Part shown: positions 1 to 12,336 of the stretch, piece after piece
How positions within the stretch are numbered: position 1 is the stretch's first letter
Layout of the letters: the number at the start of each line of letters is the position of its first letter
DNA from: Phoronis australis
Taxonomy: Eukaryota; Animalia; Phoronida
DNA length: 64,000 nt
Reading direction: 5' to 3'
NCBI GenBank assembly: GCA_002633005.1
Contig: NMRA01000194.1
Span: forward strand, 313,074-377,073
The notes under the pieces: model-generated
What the model was told of the DNA's origin: nothing
Seen by the model: only the letters and a program-made list of their open reading frames with translations
Database searches by the model: none
Translations under genes and position numbers: made by a program

Positions 1-1178
1 AATAGGCCTTTTGCGAGTTTATAACAATAACGCGAGATTATGTGAGACTTAACTGTGACGTCACGGGAAGTGGGGCAAAAGCTTGTCGTTTGGTCATTTG
101 CCCAATACGGTAGCAGAGTGTATTCTGTTATTGTCTTCGAGTTTTTAGCCGTTTAGTTCGAAAAATGCCCAAAAGCATTGCTGTTATGGCAAATGAACTT
201 CAGATTCGCATTACAATACGTTCTATCGCGTTCTGTACTAATTTCGTCCCGTGTATTTTAAACGGGCGGTAGGCGAAATCCGCTCACTGGTAAAGTTTTC
301 ACCTCGTCGAAAATACATTCTACACCTAAAATTAGCACCTAAAAGGCTCTTACTTTCTTCAGTGACTCTTTCTGCTTCTAAACATATCTTCGATGAAGCA
401 TATATACGGGAATTCAGGTGACTTAGGCGAAGAATTCCAACTCCACTTTGTGGTTACTGTTAACTTTGTCCGCGCGCGCGATTACCAAAATCCAATATTT
501 CAACTGAGTCAGGTGAGTATGAGGCAAAGGCTAGCGCGAGACTGAGCCAAGCGCGAGATCTGGCGCGTGACCTGGCGCGTGACACTTGCAAAATAGCATG
601 AGAAAATATCAAGTGAAATTTGTAAGATTTGTGTCCCTTGGACTTTTTGTTCGTCAACAGGCGTGATTTCACGTAACTTCCTCAAAATGGCGGCTCTTTA
701 GTGAGAGAAACTTGAGAGAACCGCGAGGTTTTCATGAATATGCTCAAGTTATTTGTAGACTAAATTGTGTCCAGAGTCAGGGTATGTGTTAATTATAACT
801 TCATGTGCACATATGCATGTTTCATTTGATTTCATTTGCTGTATTTTGAAGTGAATATCTTTTTATGGGGATACACTATCGCCCCTGTATGTCTGCGCCA
901 TTCAGGCCTAGAGCGGGTTAAGTTCCGATTTCAGTCCGTTCACAGCTTCGCACAACATAACAAGGTCACATCTTCTTCATCTATTCACAGTTATTCCACG
1001 ACCCATCTACCATATCTTAAGTTGTTTTAACGTTTAAGCGTAAAATTCACCATAAGAACTCCAGTAAGTTTTAGCGTGTGTAGCAAAGACTTGGGGCAAA
1101 ACAAGAGCAATATGGCGGGTTTTGCCCCCTTTCCAGTGAGGTCACAGTGACTAGCCAGAAACTGGCAAGTGAGCTATT
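1..1178. mobile_element. Putative MITE-like element with long imperfect inverted arms (unclassified)
   Basis: Start AATAGgccttTTGCgAGTTT...ACTGTGACgTCACgGGAAgtGGGGCAAAA matches the reverse complement of 1120-1178 (AATAGctcacTTGCcAGTTT...ACTGTGACcTCACtGGAAagGGGGCAAAA). Confidence 0.45.
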
Positions 1179-1306
1179 GGGGGTACTAACAACAACCATT
1201 GTTGAGGCAGTAATGCTAGCTATTACCTTTCTACTTCATTAGCTCAGATCTACATCAATACAAAGGACGTGCTGAATAGGCATTGAAAAAGTCCTCTGGG
1301 GCTTAG

Positions 1307-3505
1307 CCCTTATCCTGCTAAGCCTCTATTCAGACAAGGTTCCCTGTGCACTGAGGTAAGTATGTCACCACTGCTGTCTGCACTGGGCTGTTATGAAGGT
1401 CACTCAGATTAATGACCTAACATTTTTAGATTGGAAATTTGAAGGGGTAATATCATCTTTACATAAAAGTGGTCTGCACAAAAGTTGTTCAGAATTCAAT
1501 GGAAATTTTCACGATATGCATATCTTTACCATAGCCTTTGTGTAAATAATTCTATAAACTTTCAAACTGGACACACTTTGTTTTTATCTGTTTTCGCACA
1601 TGAGAACAGAGCTGACACTCAAAAACCGTAATAAGCATTTTTAAAAGGAAACCCATGAGAATTGCGTTTAGTAAAGCAGATTTATTGTCTGTAACATCAC
1701 ATCTACTAACAAGAATGTACAGTATACATGTATAACATACCTCAACTTTGCATGATTACAAATTCATGACTGGTGCAGTTGCTTGCTAAAGTCTGTTTTG
1801 AAGTTCACCTTGGTGTGCAAAAACTTGAAACACGGGTGGGGACACAAAGCTATTCTGTGCAAAAGTCACAAAAAATATCTAATTCTGAATGAGTTCCATC
1901 ATGTTTCAGAAGCCCTGTATTATACCTGAAGGGCGTGAGCCAAGCATCGTCGTAGGACACTCCAAGTTCAGCTTCAGGGACCGGTAACTCATCCAAAAGT
2001 TGCACTGAGATCCGAAACTATAGAATCTGCATTACTTGTGACTGTTGTGTTAGTTTTCCCGTCAATGTCATCGTCACTTTTGAGTGTCAATTCCAGCTTG
2101 TTTTCACTATCTGAGTCCATGAACACTTCCTCAAGAAACTAGTCAACAGTCACCTTACCATGTTTGGCACCAGCCAAGATAAAACTTGCGTAAACTTTCA
2201 AAAACTTTCAAATATCTCGGCCATATGTTGTAAATCAGAAAAGTGTACAGGAAACTATGAACTGTGGAATGCGCATGCTCACATATATAAACAGTATACG
2301 GGGCTTTCCCAATTTGTGAATGAAAAACACCAGTGTCCTGGGGTGAGTACACTCTCCTTGCGCAGCCTAGCCATAGCTTATTTTAGGCGATTGAGTACAC
2401 CCGACGCAGGGCTTCATCTAGGATTTCGAACATAGGGTGTCCAAAATGGGATTCCCAATATTCCAGGGCGTCCATGATTCCAACGCCGCATTACCCCCCC
2501 CTCCCCACCCCATTCACCAGTAACCCCCCCCCAACACACACAGTGAGGTTTTTTTACAATTAAAAAATGCGTTGAGCAAGGCTTTTACACCTAAGTTTAC
2601 AAAAACAGCTCCCTTGTATTGGGCTTTTTTAAGTACTAAAAAAATGTTGATCAAGACTTTTATGTTTAAATTTACGAAAACAGCCAAATAGCATACCAAA
2701 CGGGTATTACAGATATTACAGATATTGGTTGAACGATGAGTGCACTGTTTTTGGTCATCTCAAGTCAAATTCTGTTATAAAGTTTATTATATCAACTTCA
2801 CTAGCTTTATATTTTGTACAATGAGTCATCGAAGCTGCAGTTACCAACAAAAGAAAAATGCACAGATAATGTGTGGTTTATATTTTGACAACAGGTGTCA
2901 CTGCTGCTCCATTTTAGACGCACATAGAAAAGCATGAAACAGGCAAAAACTCAAACATTTTAAATGGGGATATTCTTGCAGCACATCATATTATTAAAAT
3001 AATGACATTTATTTTGCTTTTGATATTTTTAAAAAAAGATGAAGTACATGAAATTACAGCTCTGAAACACCAGTTTGGAGTTAAGCAAGGTCCATGTCCC
3101 TATATAAAGTACAGAATGGCAATGGCACGTGAGTCTATTGAAAGCAGACACTCTGGCAATCAACCAGGTGATAATGATTGACAGGTCTACCAAACAGTTT
3201 GAAAGTAGTTTGAATATTGCAACATTTTATATACTTTGTATATTTCTTTCTGAGTTGAAAGGGCCAACTTCCCGCTTTGATTAACTGGGAGTCTTAGTAA
3301 TCTTTCAATGTGGGTGTCCAAACTGGAGAAATTCTGATTGACAGGGCGTCCAAATGATAGATTGGGCGTCCTTACCAGGGCGTCTACATTAGTGCTAGGG
3401 CGTCCAAATGGACGCCCAGGACGTACGCTGCATGAAGGCCTGACCCGATGCATTTTAATAGGATAATAGGCTTGTCGGCTGACCTCGCCTAGCGCAGGAT
3501 AAGGG
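1307..3505 (-). mobile_element. piggyBac-like deleted element with TTAG target duplication
   Basis: 12-bp TIR CCCTTATCCTGC at both ends, with TTAG at 1303-1306 and 3506-3509. A minus-strand broken acidic leader at ~1915-2165 (VTVD*FLEEVFMDSDSE...DDAWLTPFRYNTG) resembles piggyBac transposase N-termini. Confidence 0.7.
2407..3442. mobile_element. Non-autonomous hAT element nested in the piggyBac-like element
   Basis: TIR CAGGGCTTCAT / ATGAAGGCCTG, 8-bp TSD ACCCGACG/ACCCGATG, and many subterminal GGGCGTCC motifs. Confidence 0.8.
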
Positions 3506-3568
3506 TTAGGGAATCGGAGCAGTCACCAGTGTAATCAAGAAATTCTCCACATGTTGGTCATGTGAGTG

Positions 3569-4047
3569 CATGCTAATTCAGTGTTTGCTGACAGAAAGCT
3601 GTTGTGAAACAATATTTCGATTGTATATCCTATGGTCAGATGTTAGGGGAATCTTTATTTGGATATTCTTATACATTATTCGAATCATTGTTACTGTGCA
3701 ACTTTTGCCCTGACGGTTTTGTTGTGGAAGGATAACCTGACTTCGCGGCCCCCGACGAGCTAGTAAGTAGATTTGCAGTTTTGCGTCTAATTCACCACAT
3801 TATTTCTTTGGCTCAGTAGTATAGTCTTTTTGTGACTGGAAGTTTATTTTCTATCTTTGGCTGGTTTATGTTCGTTATGTCTTCAGGTGGGCCGCAACGG
3901 GCCTGATAGGGTTCCGAGCCACTAGCCGGGATAACGAGGGTTTTTGTGTGTTTAGAACTGAAAAAACTGCAAGTGTAAAATTACAACACACAGCTATGTT
4001 CCCTTGTCCGTATTTCACGGACGAATAATTTGAATTTATCACTGAAC
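3569..4047 (+). repeat. Dispersed repeat, copy 1 (homologous to 48211-48670)
   Basis: Colinear similarity from CATGCTAATTCAGTGTTTGCT to GAATAATTTGAATTTA.CACTGAA. Confidence 0.8.
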
Positions 4048-4499
4048 AGGGCCCAAAACTCCCGCGACCGACCTTGATAAATTGACCTACCGAACTTTGT
4101 AGGCTACGGTACGTTCCAATCAGTGCTGTAGTGGGGCGTAGGCACAGCCAATCACCTTTTGGCATTTGAACGTAGCGCCTACGCACCATAAGTTATGTTC
4201 AGTGCTCAAGGTGATACGCTGGGCTGGGGCTCCTACTTACCTCTAATTTTACCACTACAGCACTGGTTCCAATACCTGTAAGTCCGTAACAGCGAAATAA
4301 AACAACACATTTGTTCAATAAGTTGATGTATTTAAAGGGTTTTATATCGAATTATGTTGATTTTTTGGTGTAAAACGGTGGATTCAACCGATATGCTGAC
4401 ACCAGAAAGCATGTTGTGAACTGCAGAACAGACTGCATTCAATTTTCTGACGTCATTGGTTAATTTCAACACCTCCATCTGCCATCTTGTGTCAAGTAA

Positions 4500-4878
4500 A
4501 AGAACCGTACTTGCTATTATTTAGTGGAACTACTCGTCTAAATTGATACAAAATAGGTTGTTTCGAAACTGTATTGTTACTCAAGAATTCAAGTTGCCCT
4601 ATCGACGATTGAGAGGCAGCGACGCATCAGTGATTCAGTCGGCAAGTTTTCGCCATGGGATTTTAGCGCATTTTTTAAAAAAAGATCATAATTTAACAAC
4701 AAAGTTTGATAGCAATGCCCTACAGTTTTGTAGAAAGTTTGTCATAGGTTACGGATAGGTCACAGGTCGTAAATTTGATTTCACCCATTGTCGGACACCG
4801 GGTTTCAACTGCCTTAGGCTACAACAAGCGCCCCCCTCTTCCGAAATGAATTTTTCTAAGTACCCTGGGCGAATACGG
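4500..4878 (-). mobile_element. Truncated relative of the 16566-17940 Tc1/mariner-type element
   Basis: Reverse complement of 4650-4840 matches 16620-16825 (e.g. GCATTGCTATCAAACTTTG). Ends in GGGCGAATACGG|TA. Confidence 0.65.
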
Positions 4879-5054
4879 TAGCCCTAATAGATGGTGACAT
4901 CAACGCACGAAATGATCATTTTTATTGACCCTGGCGGCAAGTTTGTGGTGACAGATGCAAACGGCCGGGCAACTGAATTTCGGGCTGGGGGAGTAGATTT
5001 TCTGGCTCACTTGCCCAGCTGGCGAGCATGGTTTTAAAACCTGGGTATATCCCT

Positions 5055-5506
5055 GTTGAACAAGACTTTCTTATTTGGTACTGATTTATGACATCTATGT
5101 TCGTCATATGAATGTTATTTGTTCATCTTCGCCACCATCATCATCTTATTCGTCATCTTCGTCATCATCTCCGTCATCATCTCCGTCGTCGTCTTTTTAG
5201 TTACTTTCGCCAAGCGTCTCTCAAGACTGTAGCATATTTCTTATTGATTTCTGACCTCTTTTCAGTTACCTTTGCCAAATGTCTCAAGACTAGCCTATTT
5301 CGTACTTATTTTTGAACTCTACGTTCGTCATATGAATGTTATCATTACTTGTATTGTTCATCATCGCTACCATCGTCGTCATATCCATCATTTTCGTCGT
5401 CATATCCATCATTTTCATCGTCATATCCATCATTTTCGTCATCGTCTCTATCGTCGTCTTTTCTGTTAATTTCGCCAAGTTTCGCTCCTCGGAGCGCTTT
5501 CATTTT
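5055..5506 (+). mobile_element. HINE family B, 3' modules with CAT/CGT-rich low complexity
   Basis: Homologous to 62605-63050. Modules start CAAGACT and end TTTCGCCAAG(T). Confidence 0.7.
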
Positions 5507-8166
5507 ATATCTTTATTCAAATTTGTTGAAAAGCTAATATCCTAGAGTACATTCTCAGCATAGCCTTACCTCTGATGATTTCGTGCAAATTGTCAATCGA
5601 TGTGTTTTGACTGTTGTAGTTTACAGACATTATAAGTATCTAATAAAATCAACAGGTAAATTGTTTCAATGATTCAAAAGACTGTTATTTGATAAAAACA
5701 AAGATTTTAAAATATAAGTCCTCATAGCTGCTGTGAAGAAGTTAGTCTGGCTTTCATCCAAATTATACGTCTTGATTGGACTATTGGTGCTATTTTGGTT
5801 CCAGGTTGTAGTGACATTTACAAAAAATGTTTCACTAAATTCTGCCACTGCCTAAGCAAAAATATTGCATGAAAACTCAATAAGAAGTCCTTGGAAAATC
5901 TCGAATGTCTCAAAAGCAGTAAGTTGTAGCGAAAAAACGATGGAATGTCGCAGATGTAGCACTTGACAAGATCTACCCACATATCCAAATTCAGAGAAAT
6001 CTGTTTAGGGACGCCAAAGATACCATTCCACAAAGCGAAAAACGTCCAACGCAGTGGCATCTTGTATCTAATTTGAACCAAAAACACAAATACCTTGAGA
6101 TTTATTTGTGATGTGTGTAAATTTCATGTTGACCAGATGTCCGAATAACAGGAAGAGTATAGAACCCATGATTTTGAATCCTGAGACACGTGAGTGGGCT
6201 GAAGCCTGAGAAATGTACCAGTGTTGGACCTTAGTCACGAGTAAATCTCTAATAACTCAGGAACAGTAAGCAGCCGGAGTAAGAAACTTAATGTTAACTT
6301 TTTGTAGCAGTTTGTGAGATCCATTCACATGTCAAATTTGAGATTAGTCAGATAAGTTACAAAAACACTCATTTGAAAAGATCCTTGCCCCCCCCGGCCA
6401 ATTTATAACAACGCAGTTATGGTTCAGCAGTTTCATGTTTGGTTGATAATTTGTTATCATGTCAGGGCTCGGTGCTGAGCATAATGCCACATGCGCCAAG
6501 TGATAACCGAGATTGTCAAACCTCGTTGACACCTGCCGAAAATGAAATACGAACGAGATGCCTGGAGGCAGAAGCTGACAAACTTGCCAAATACTTGCCG
6601 GGGTACCTGAGAGCGCCTGGGCAGGAGTATTTTTGGAAATTTTTTCCTTTTCTAATTCGCTCGAATGGAAAGTTAGTGTCGCATACTTGGTAACAATCGA
6701 TTTCTCCCTGTCTTGCCCAATATCCTTCTCACTGCGTCACCTGGGCAGGGCAGACAAACAGGATCAAGCCTGAACGATTTTTCCAAACTATTTTGACTTG
6801 CGTCTGTTTTCTTCCTGCACTATTTTGAGTGCGTGCTTAGTTGTGACTTGGAGATTTCTTGATGACGTTGCACTTTTAGCGTTCTTTCTCACTCACTTTA
6901 GATGCTTTGGACTACAAAAAGAATTGAACTTTTTCATTTTTAAGGGCAAAAATCGGTTAACTACATGAGAAGAAAAGAGAAATAATGTGCAATGCAACTG
7001 CTGTTTCATTGTTGATATCTCCCAACCTCTGTCATGTAACCTGCTTAAGCAACTCAATGGGGCATCTTGACTTGTGGACACTATTGCTTATCAGGGTGTA
7101 CCTCAATACACTCAAGAAGAAAGCTATGCAATGGTTGAATGAAAGAGCACCTCATGAAGTGATGCTGTCTTTGTTTGTTCTTCTACAGTCTTGTTTTGTC
7201 ACCATGATAAAAGAAACTCCAAAATACAGCTGGAAGAATATTTCTTCATATCTGTTACGTTTGTTATGTGGCGTATATTTTAATATTCTAGTGGTGACCA
7301 GCTGCTGGTGGTGATTTGAACCAACTCTGCACAGTACTTACCACTAAACATTGAGTGAGCCAATGACTGCTGTCTTACTACTGGGCAGTACTGTTAAGCC
7401 CTATGGAGGTAAATATTTTGTCTGCTTTCCATGTCTTAGTGTGATTAAGTGTTCATGAACTCGTCATAGAAGTGAATAATCTATCTTTCAATAGACCACC
7501 CTTTTATAATTTTAGCACGTTTTGTTACTCGCAAGTACTACCCTAGTCAGGTAAGAGATAAGATTCTACGCTTTTCTTCAGTGTAAGTTGAATCTTGAAA
7601 TCCATTCTTTCATTTTCCAAAATTGTTTTTGAGCCATTTTTGGCCTCCCTATTTTGTAAACAACCGCATTACCGTCTGATTTGTGGCCTTATTAACGAAT
7701 CATAAGACGGCACGTCATAACATTGTGAGCCAATCATAGTTTTGACGTTGCTTTGTGATGGCAAGTCGATCTGCCTATCCTTGTCGAACATGAAAAATTA
7801 GCCATTCATATTCTACCATATTCCTTGGGTATTTTTGTAACCTCTCCTGAGACTATGAAAGTATCTGAGGTGTAGCAATTGTGTCACATTTATGTAACCT
7901 CACCTGAGGCTATGAAGGTAGGTGAGGTGTAGCATCGTGTCACTGTATTGCGTGACCCTGACATGCCTGTCTGGTATGAGGCGTTTTTAATAATAGGTAT
8001 TAAAATCTTTGTACTAGAATCAATTTTACAAAATTTGGAACTTCAGTCATGCTTACCTTTTTTATCTATTCTGATTTTTATTGTAAAAATGTTCGCATTA
8101 GCCTAAAAGGATAAGGTAGGGGGCATTTTTTAATAATTCATATTCAAATCTTTTTGTTAAAACCGA

Positions 8167-10167
8167 TTTTTATGCACCCACATATTTATATGTGGACGCA
8201 TTATGCCGTCATCTCTGTTCGTTCGTCCGTCCGTCCGGGCGGCGTCCGTCCGGCGTCCGGCGTCCGCTGCTCTGTCTCCAAAACCCTTTGACATACGTTC
8301 ATGAAATTTGGCACATATGTTCCTTTCATGAATGGGACGGCATGTGCGAACTTTCGGACGGATCCGACTACCGGTGTGCCCCCTAGTGGCAATTTTATTT
8401 TTTTACGCTTACCTTTGTATCTTCAAAAGTCCTGAACGGATTTTCATGAAATTTGGTATGTAGGCACCTAGTAGTGAGATGACGCTATCCTGCCGTTTTC
8501 GGATGGATTCGACATAGTTTGCGCCACCTAGTGGCCATTTTTACTGTTTTCGAGTCTGTTTTTGTGCTTCCACCCCTCTATCAACCAAACCGCTCAAAGG
8601 ATGATTGTGAAAATTGGCATGTATGTGCTTACTATGTAGAGGACGGTTGACGATGATTTTCCGACGATTTCGACTACTGTGGCGCCTCCTAGTGGCAGTT
8701 TTGTTTTTTTTGCGCCTATGGCTGTATCTCCTAAACCGTTCGCAGGATCTTTACGAAATTGTGTAAGTATATTTATATGATGTTAACAACGGAAGATGAC
8801 GACTTTTGGACGGATCCGACTACCGGTGTGCCCCCTAGTGGCAATTTTAATTTTTTTACGCTTACCTTTGTATCTTCACAAGTCCTTATTGGATTTTCAT
8901 GAAATTTGGTATGTAGGCACCTATTAGTGAGATGACGCTATCCTCCCGTTTTCAGATGGATTCGACATAGTTTGCGCCACCTAGTGGCCATTTTTAGTGT
9001 TTTCGAGTCTGTTTTTGTGCGTCCACCCCTCTATCAACCAAACCGCTCAAAGGATGATTGTGAAAATTGGCATGTATATGCTTACTATGTAGAGGATGGT
9101 TGACGATGATTTTCCGACGATTTCGACTACTGTGGCGCCTCCTAGTGGCAGTTTTGTTTTTTTGCGCCTATGGCTGTATCTCCTAAACCGTTCGCAGGAT
9201 CTTTACAAATTGTGTAAGTATATTTATATGATGTTAACAACGGAAGATGACGACTTTTGGTCGGATCCGACTACCGGTGTGCCCCCTAGTGGCAATTTTA
9301 GTTTTTTACGCTTACCTTTGTATCTTCAAAAGTATTGAACGGATTTTCATGAAATTTGGTATGTAGGCACCTATTAGTGAGATGACGCTATCCTACTGTT
9401 TTCAGATGGATTCGACGTAGTTTGCGCCACCTAGTGGCCATTTTTACTGTTTTCGAGTCTGTATTTTTGCGTCCACCCCTCTATCAACCAAACCGCTCAA
9501 AGGATGATTGTGAAAATTGGCGTGTATGTGCTTACTATAAGGAAGACAGCTGACAATGATTTTCAGACGATTTGGACTACTGTGGCGCCTCCTAGTGGCA
9601 GTTTTGTTTTTTTGCGCCCATGGCTGTATCTCCCAAACCGTTTGCAGGATCTTTACTAAATTTAGCAAGTGTATTTATGTGATGTTGACAACGGACGATG
9701 ACGACTTTAGGATGATTCTGATTACCGGTATGCCTCTAGTGGCAATTTTAGTATTTGCCTCTAGTGGCAATTTTAGTATTTTACATTGACCTCTGTATTT
9801 TCATAGGTCTTCAGGTGTATACTTTGTGTTACTTCGTGACTGTGAAGGAAAAGTTCCAAGTAGAAATTTGTTTCTGGCATTCTAATGCTGTGCTAATCTC
9901 GTATGTTGGTAAATTTGTTTTTAATTCTATGTTTCTGTGGTGCTTTAAGCAACTGGTGTATAGGATGTGCTTGTATTATGAAGATTACTCACATTTTGCC
10001 CCTAGCCTATTGAGGAGACAATGACCATGCCTTTCCATTTTGCAAAGTACAACATACTACATATATGCCCTCTACTGGCCACTTTATGGTACCAATAAAC
10101 AACCCTAGAAGGATACCGTATGCGGTGCAATTGTGGGCGCATTTCAACGCTCTGCGTTGCTCTTGTT
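8167..10167 (+). mobile_element. Helentron-associated non-autonomous element (HINE/DINE-1-like, family A) with internal tandem array
   Basis: 5' subTIR TGCACCCACA with adjacent inverted copy TGTGGACGCA, (CGTC)n microsatellite, ~452-bp tandem units (GGATCCGACTACCGG at 8360, 8812, 9263), 3' subTIR TGTGGGCGCA, hairpin CAACGC-tct-GCGTTG, T-rich ends. Confidence 0.85.
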
Positions 10168-11469
10168 AAAATTTGAACTTCAATCATGCTTAGTTGTTTT
10201 TGTGTCTGTTCTGATTTTTAATATTATAAAACGTTTTCATTAGCTTAAAAAGACACCAAGGCCTGTTTTGACATTTTAACAGGTATTGGAAATGTCTTAT
10301 ATATCCAATCCTCTGAAACAAAATAATGCTTTGTAGCCCACTGACAACCCTCGTAAGTTTGGAGGACATTTTGAAAACTTTTCAAAGTCTGCTATACTGA
10401 CAAGTGTTCGTCAGGGCAACTGTGGGGAAAGACCACCCACCAAGAACCTTAATATTCAACCTCTGTCATGTTGGGTATGAATTTTTAGCCGAGTACTGCT
10501 TTTATTGTTCAAGGTTACCGCCAATGATGCCTTATAGCAGGTGACTAGAACAAGGATTGGCTTAAACTATCAAAACGAGGTTTAGAATCTTTTGTAACCA
10601 AAAGTTAAAAATTTGTAGTCACAGCGATGCCATGGCGGTAATTACAAACGCTTTGTGAGCTAAATGGGTAATCAACAAGGGGCTGCCACCATTCCTTTGA
10701 ACATTGCCGTACAGCTTGAAATTCAAGAAAAGTAGTCTTGTCACATTACACCGACAGGGTAACATGGTTTTGTTAATAGCTGACGGGATTGAATTTCCAA
10801 AAGAGGATCGATTTGTGGGTTGACTGAATCACCGAAACAGGATTGATTTGATCAAGTTGCACCAAATCATCTATTCAGGATTGAATTCATAAAATAGAAA
10901 TGGATTTATAAAATAGGATTGAATTTTTAAAACAGGATTAAAATTTTGCAAAGTAGGATTGATTATTATTTTGAACACGATTGAATGTATTATATAGCAT
11001 TGAATATACAGAATATTTTTATTTTCAATTAATTTTTACACTTTCCGCAGCTCGTAGGAAATTGGTTTCATTTGGATTTGAATTTGAAACTGTTCAGGAG
11101 ATATTTCTAATGTTAGTTGTGCTGAGCCCCAAAATGTGGAGTGTTACTCAAGCTGTAATGTGACATTCTTTACATGCTTTTGTTTTCATTGGTGAAACTT
11201 CTATTGAAAAGGTAACCATGTAATAAATTTCACACTGAAAATGAAATTGAGAAAGTTTTTCTCATTGTTGCTGTGGTGTCTTTCAGGATAATTGTGGGAA
11301 AGCCTCCTGACCGCACAAGCAGTGAACGGTAAGAATATTTTCAGTAAACTCACACACCCTCTAGACATGTGGTCGAAAACCTTGGTGAAATTTAGTCAGT
11401 TTAGCACTCACACTTTATTGCCCCTCTCTATTTGGGATGTTTACGGCATTGTGGGTAAATACAGAAGAA

Positions 11470-11536
11470 TTCCGCCAAGTAACAAACTTGATGGAAGACC
11501 AACATACTTGGCGAAATTTATTTCGCCAAGTAATAA
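11470..11536 (-). mobile_element. HINE family B 5' head fragment
   Basis: Perfect hairpin TACTTGGCGAAAT-tt-ATTTCGCCAAGTA (11505-11532), the same head as at ~61767. Confidence 0.55.
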
Positions 11537-11819
11537 AATAAAATAAAAGCAGCTTATGCCTTTCTTGCTTTTGCCGTGGAAGCACTCGAGCGTGGATTGC
11601 GTTCGAGGAAACCGTCAGTCACTGGGCTGGCCCGGCCGCAGACAACGTGTGATCAGGGTGTGACGACCTCGTCGATCACTGCGTCCGCCCATCTGTTGGC
11701 AGTTCGACCACTACCTGCACCTTCTTGCCAAAGCAGCAGTCTATTCGAAAATAATCATGCTTGGAAATGCCTGACCACGTTGTACGACGAAAACAAAATT
11801 TCGTCAAATCACTACCGTA

Positions 11820-12280
11820 ATTAATGCGCGGTTGAAATAGTTTCAAAATATGACATGTGATATAATATGCAATACTTATCAACAAGAATCTTTTCAAAGG
11901 TCTTTTAAACACGTTTTGCTAATTTTTTAAACTTGTTGAACAGAATAAACTAAAAAATGCATCAACAAACAACACATTCAAAAGTGTAAGGTACGATTTT
12001 GCAGCATTTTTCTTCTTGAATTGGAATAGAGTATAAAAAGTGACCTCCAACTAAAAGTAAGGAAGTTGTGTTTATTACAACTGAAAGCAACTAGGCTGAA
12101 GTAATAAAATTTTATTACCAGTCAGTTGACACTGTACATAGATTATGGGACTAGTTACGTATGCAGGTTTTATGCCGATAAATCTACTGGAATCTTTTGG
12201 GCGCTACAGGTCACTTGGTTTGGTAAAATGCTACGTTTTCAGCAGCACTTTAGCTTTACTTTACCAGGCTCTGTTGTAGT
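11820..12280 (+). repeat. Dispersed repeat, copy 1 (homologous to 43060-43590)
   Basis: Shared blocks ACAAGAATCTTTTCAAAGGTCTTTTAAACAC and CAACTAGGCTGAAGTA in the same order. Confidence 0.8.
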
Positions 12281-12336
12281 ATGCTAAAATTCAAGCAGCC
12301 TGTTACACAACCCAGTCCATTATCCAACTCTAATAA

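Noticed and set aside
5112-5545. His-, Ser- and Met-rich ORFs (also 62660-63030)
   Set aside because: They are by-products of CAT/CGT triplet tracts in a repeat, open in several frames on both strands.
5700-6100. Faint LINE or Penelope-like peptide traces (also ~24440-24560 and ~30760-30870)
   Set aside because: Similarity is too weak to support by eye and needs a translated repeat-library search.
8340-9780. Regularly spaced CTAGTGGC motifs resembling a CRISPR array
   Set aside because: The intervening sequences are themselves repeated, the context is a eukaryotic HINE, and no cas genes are present.
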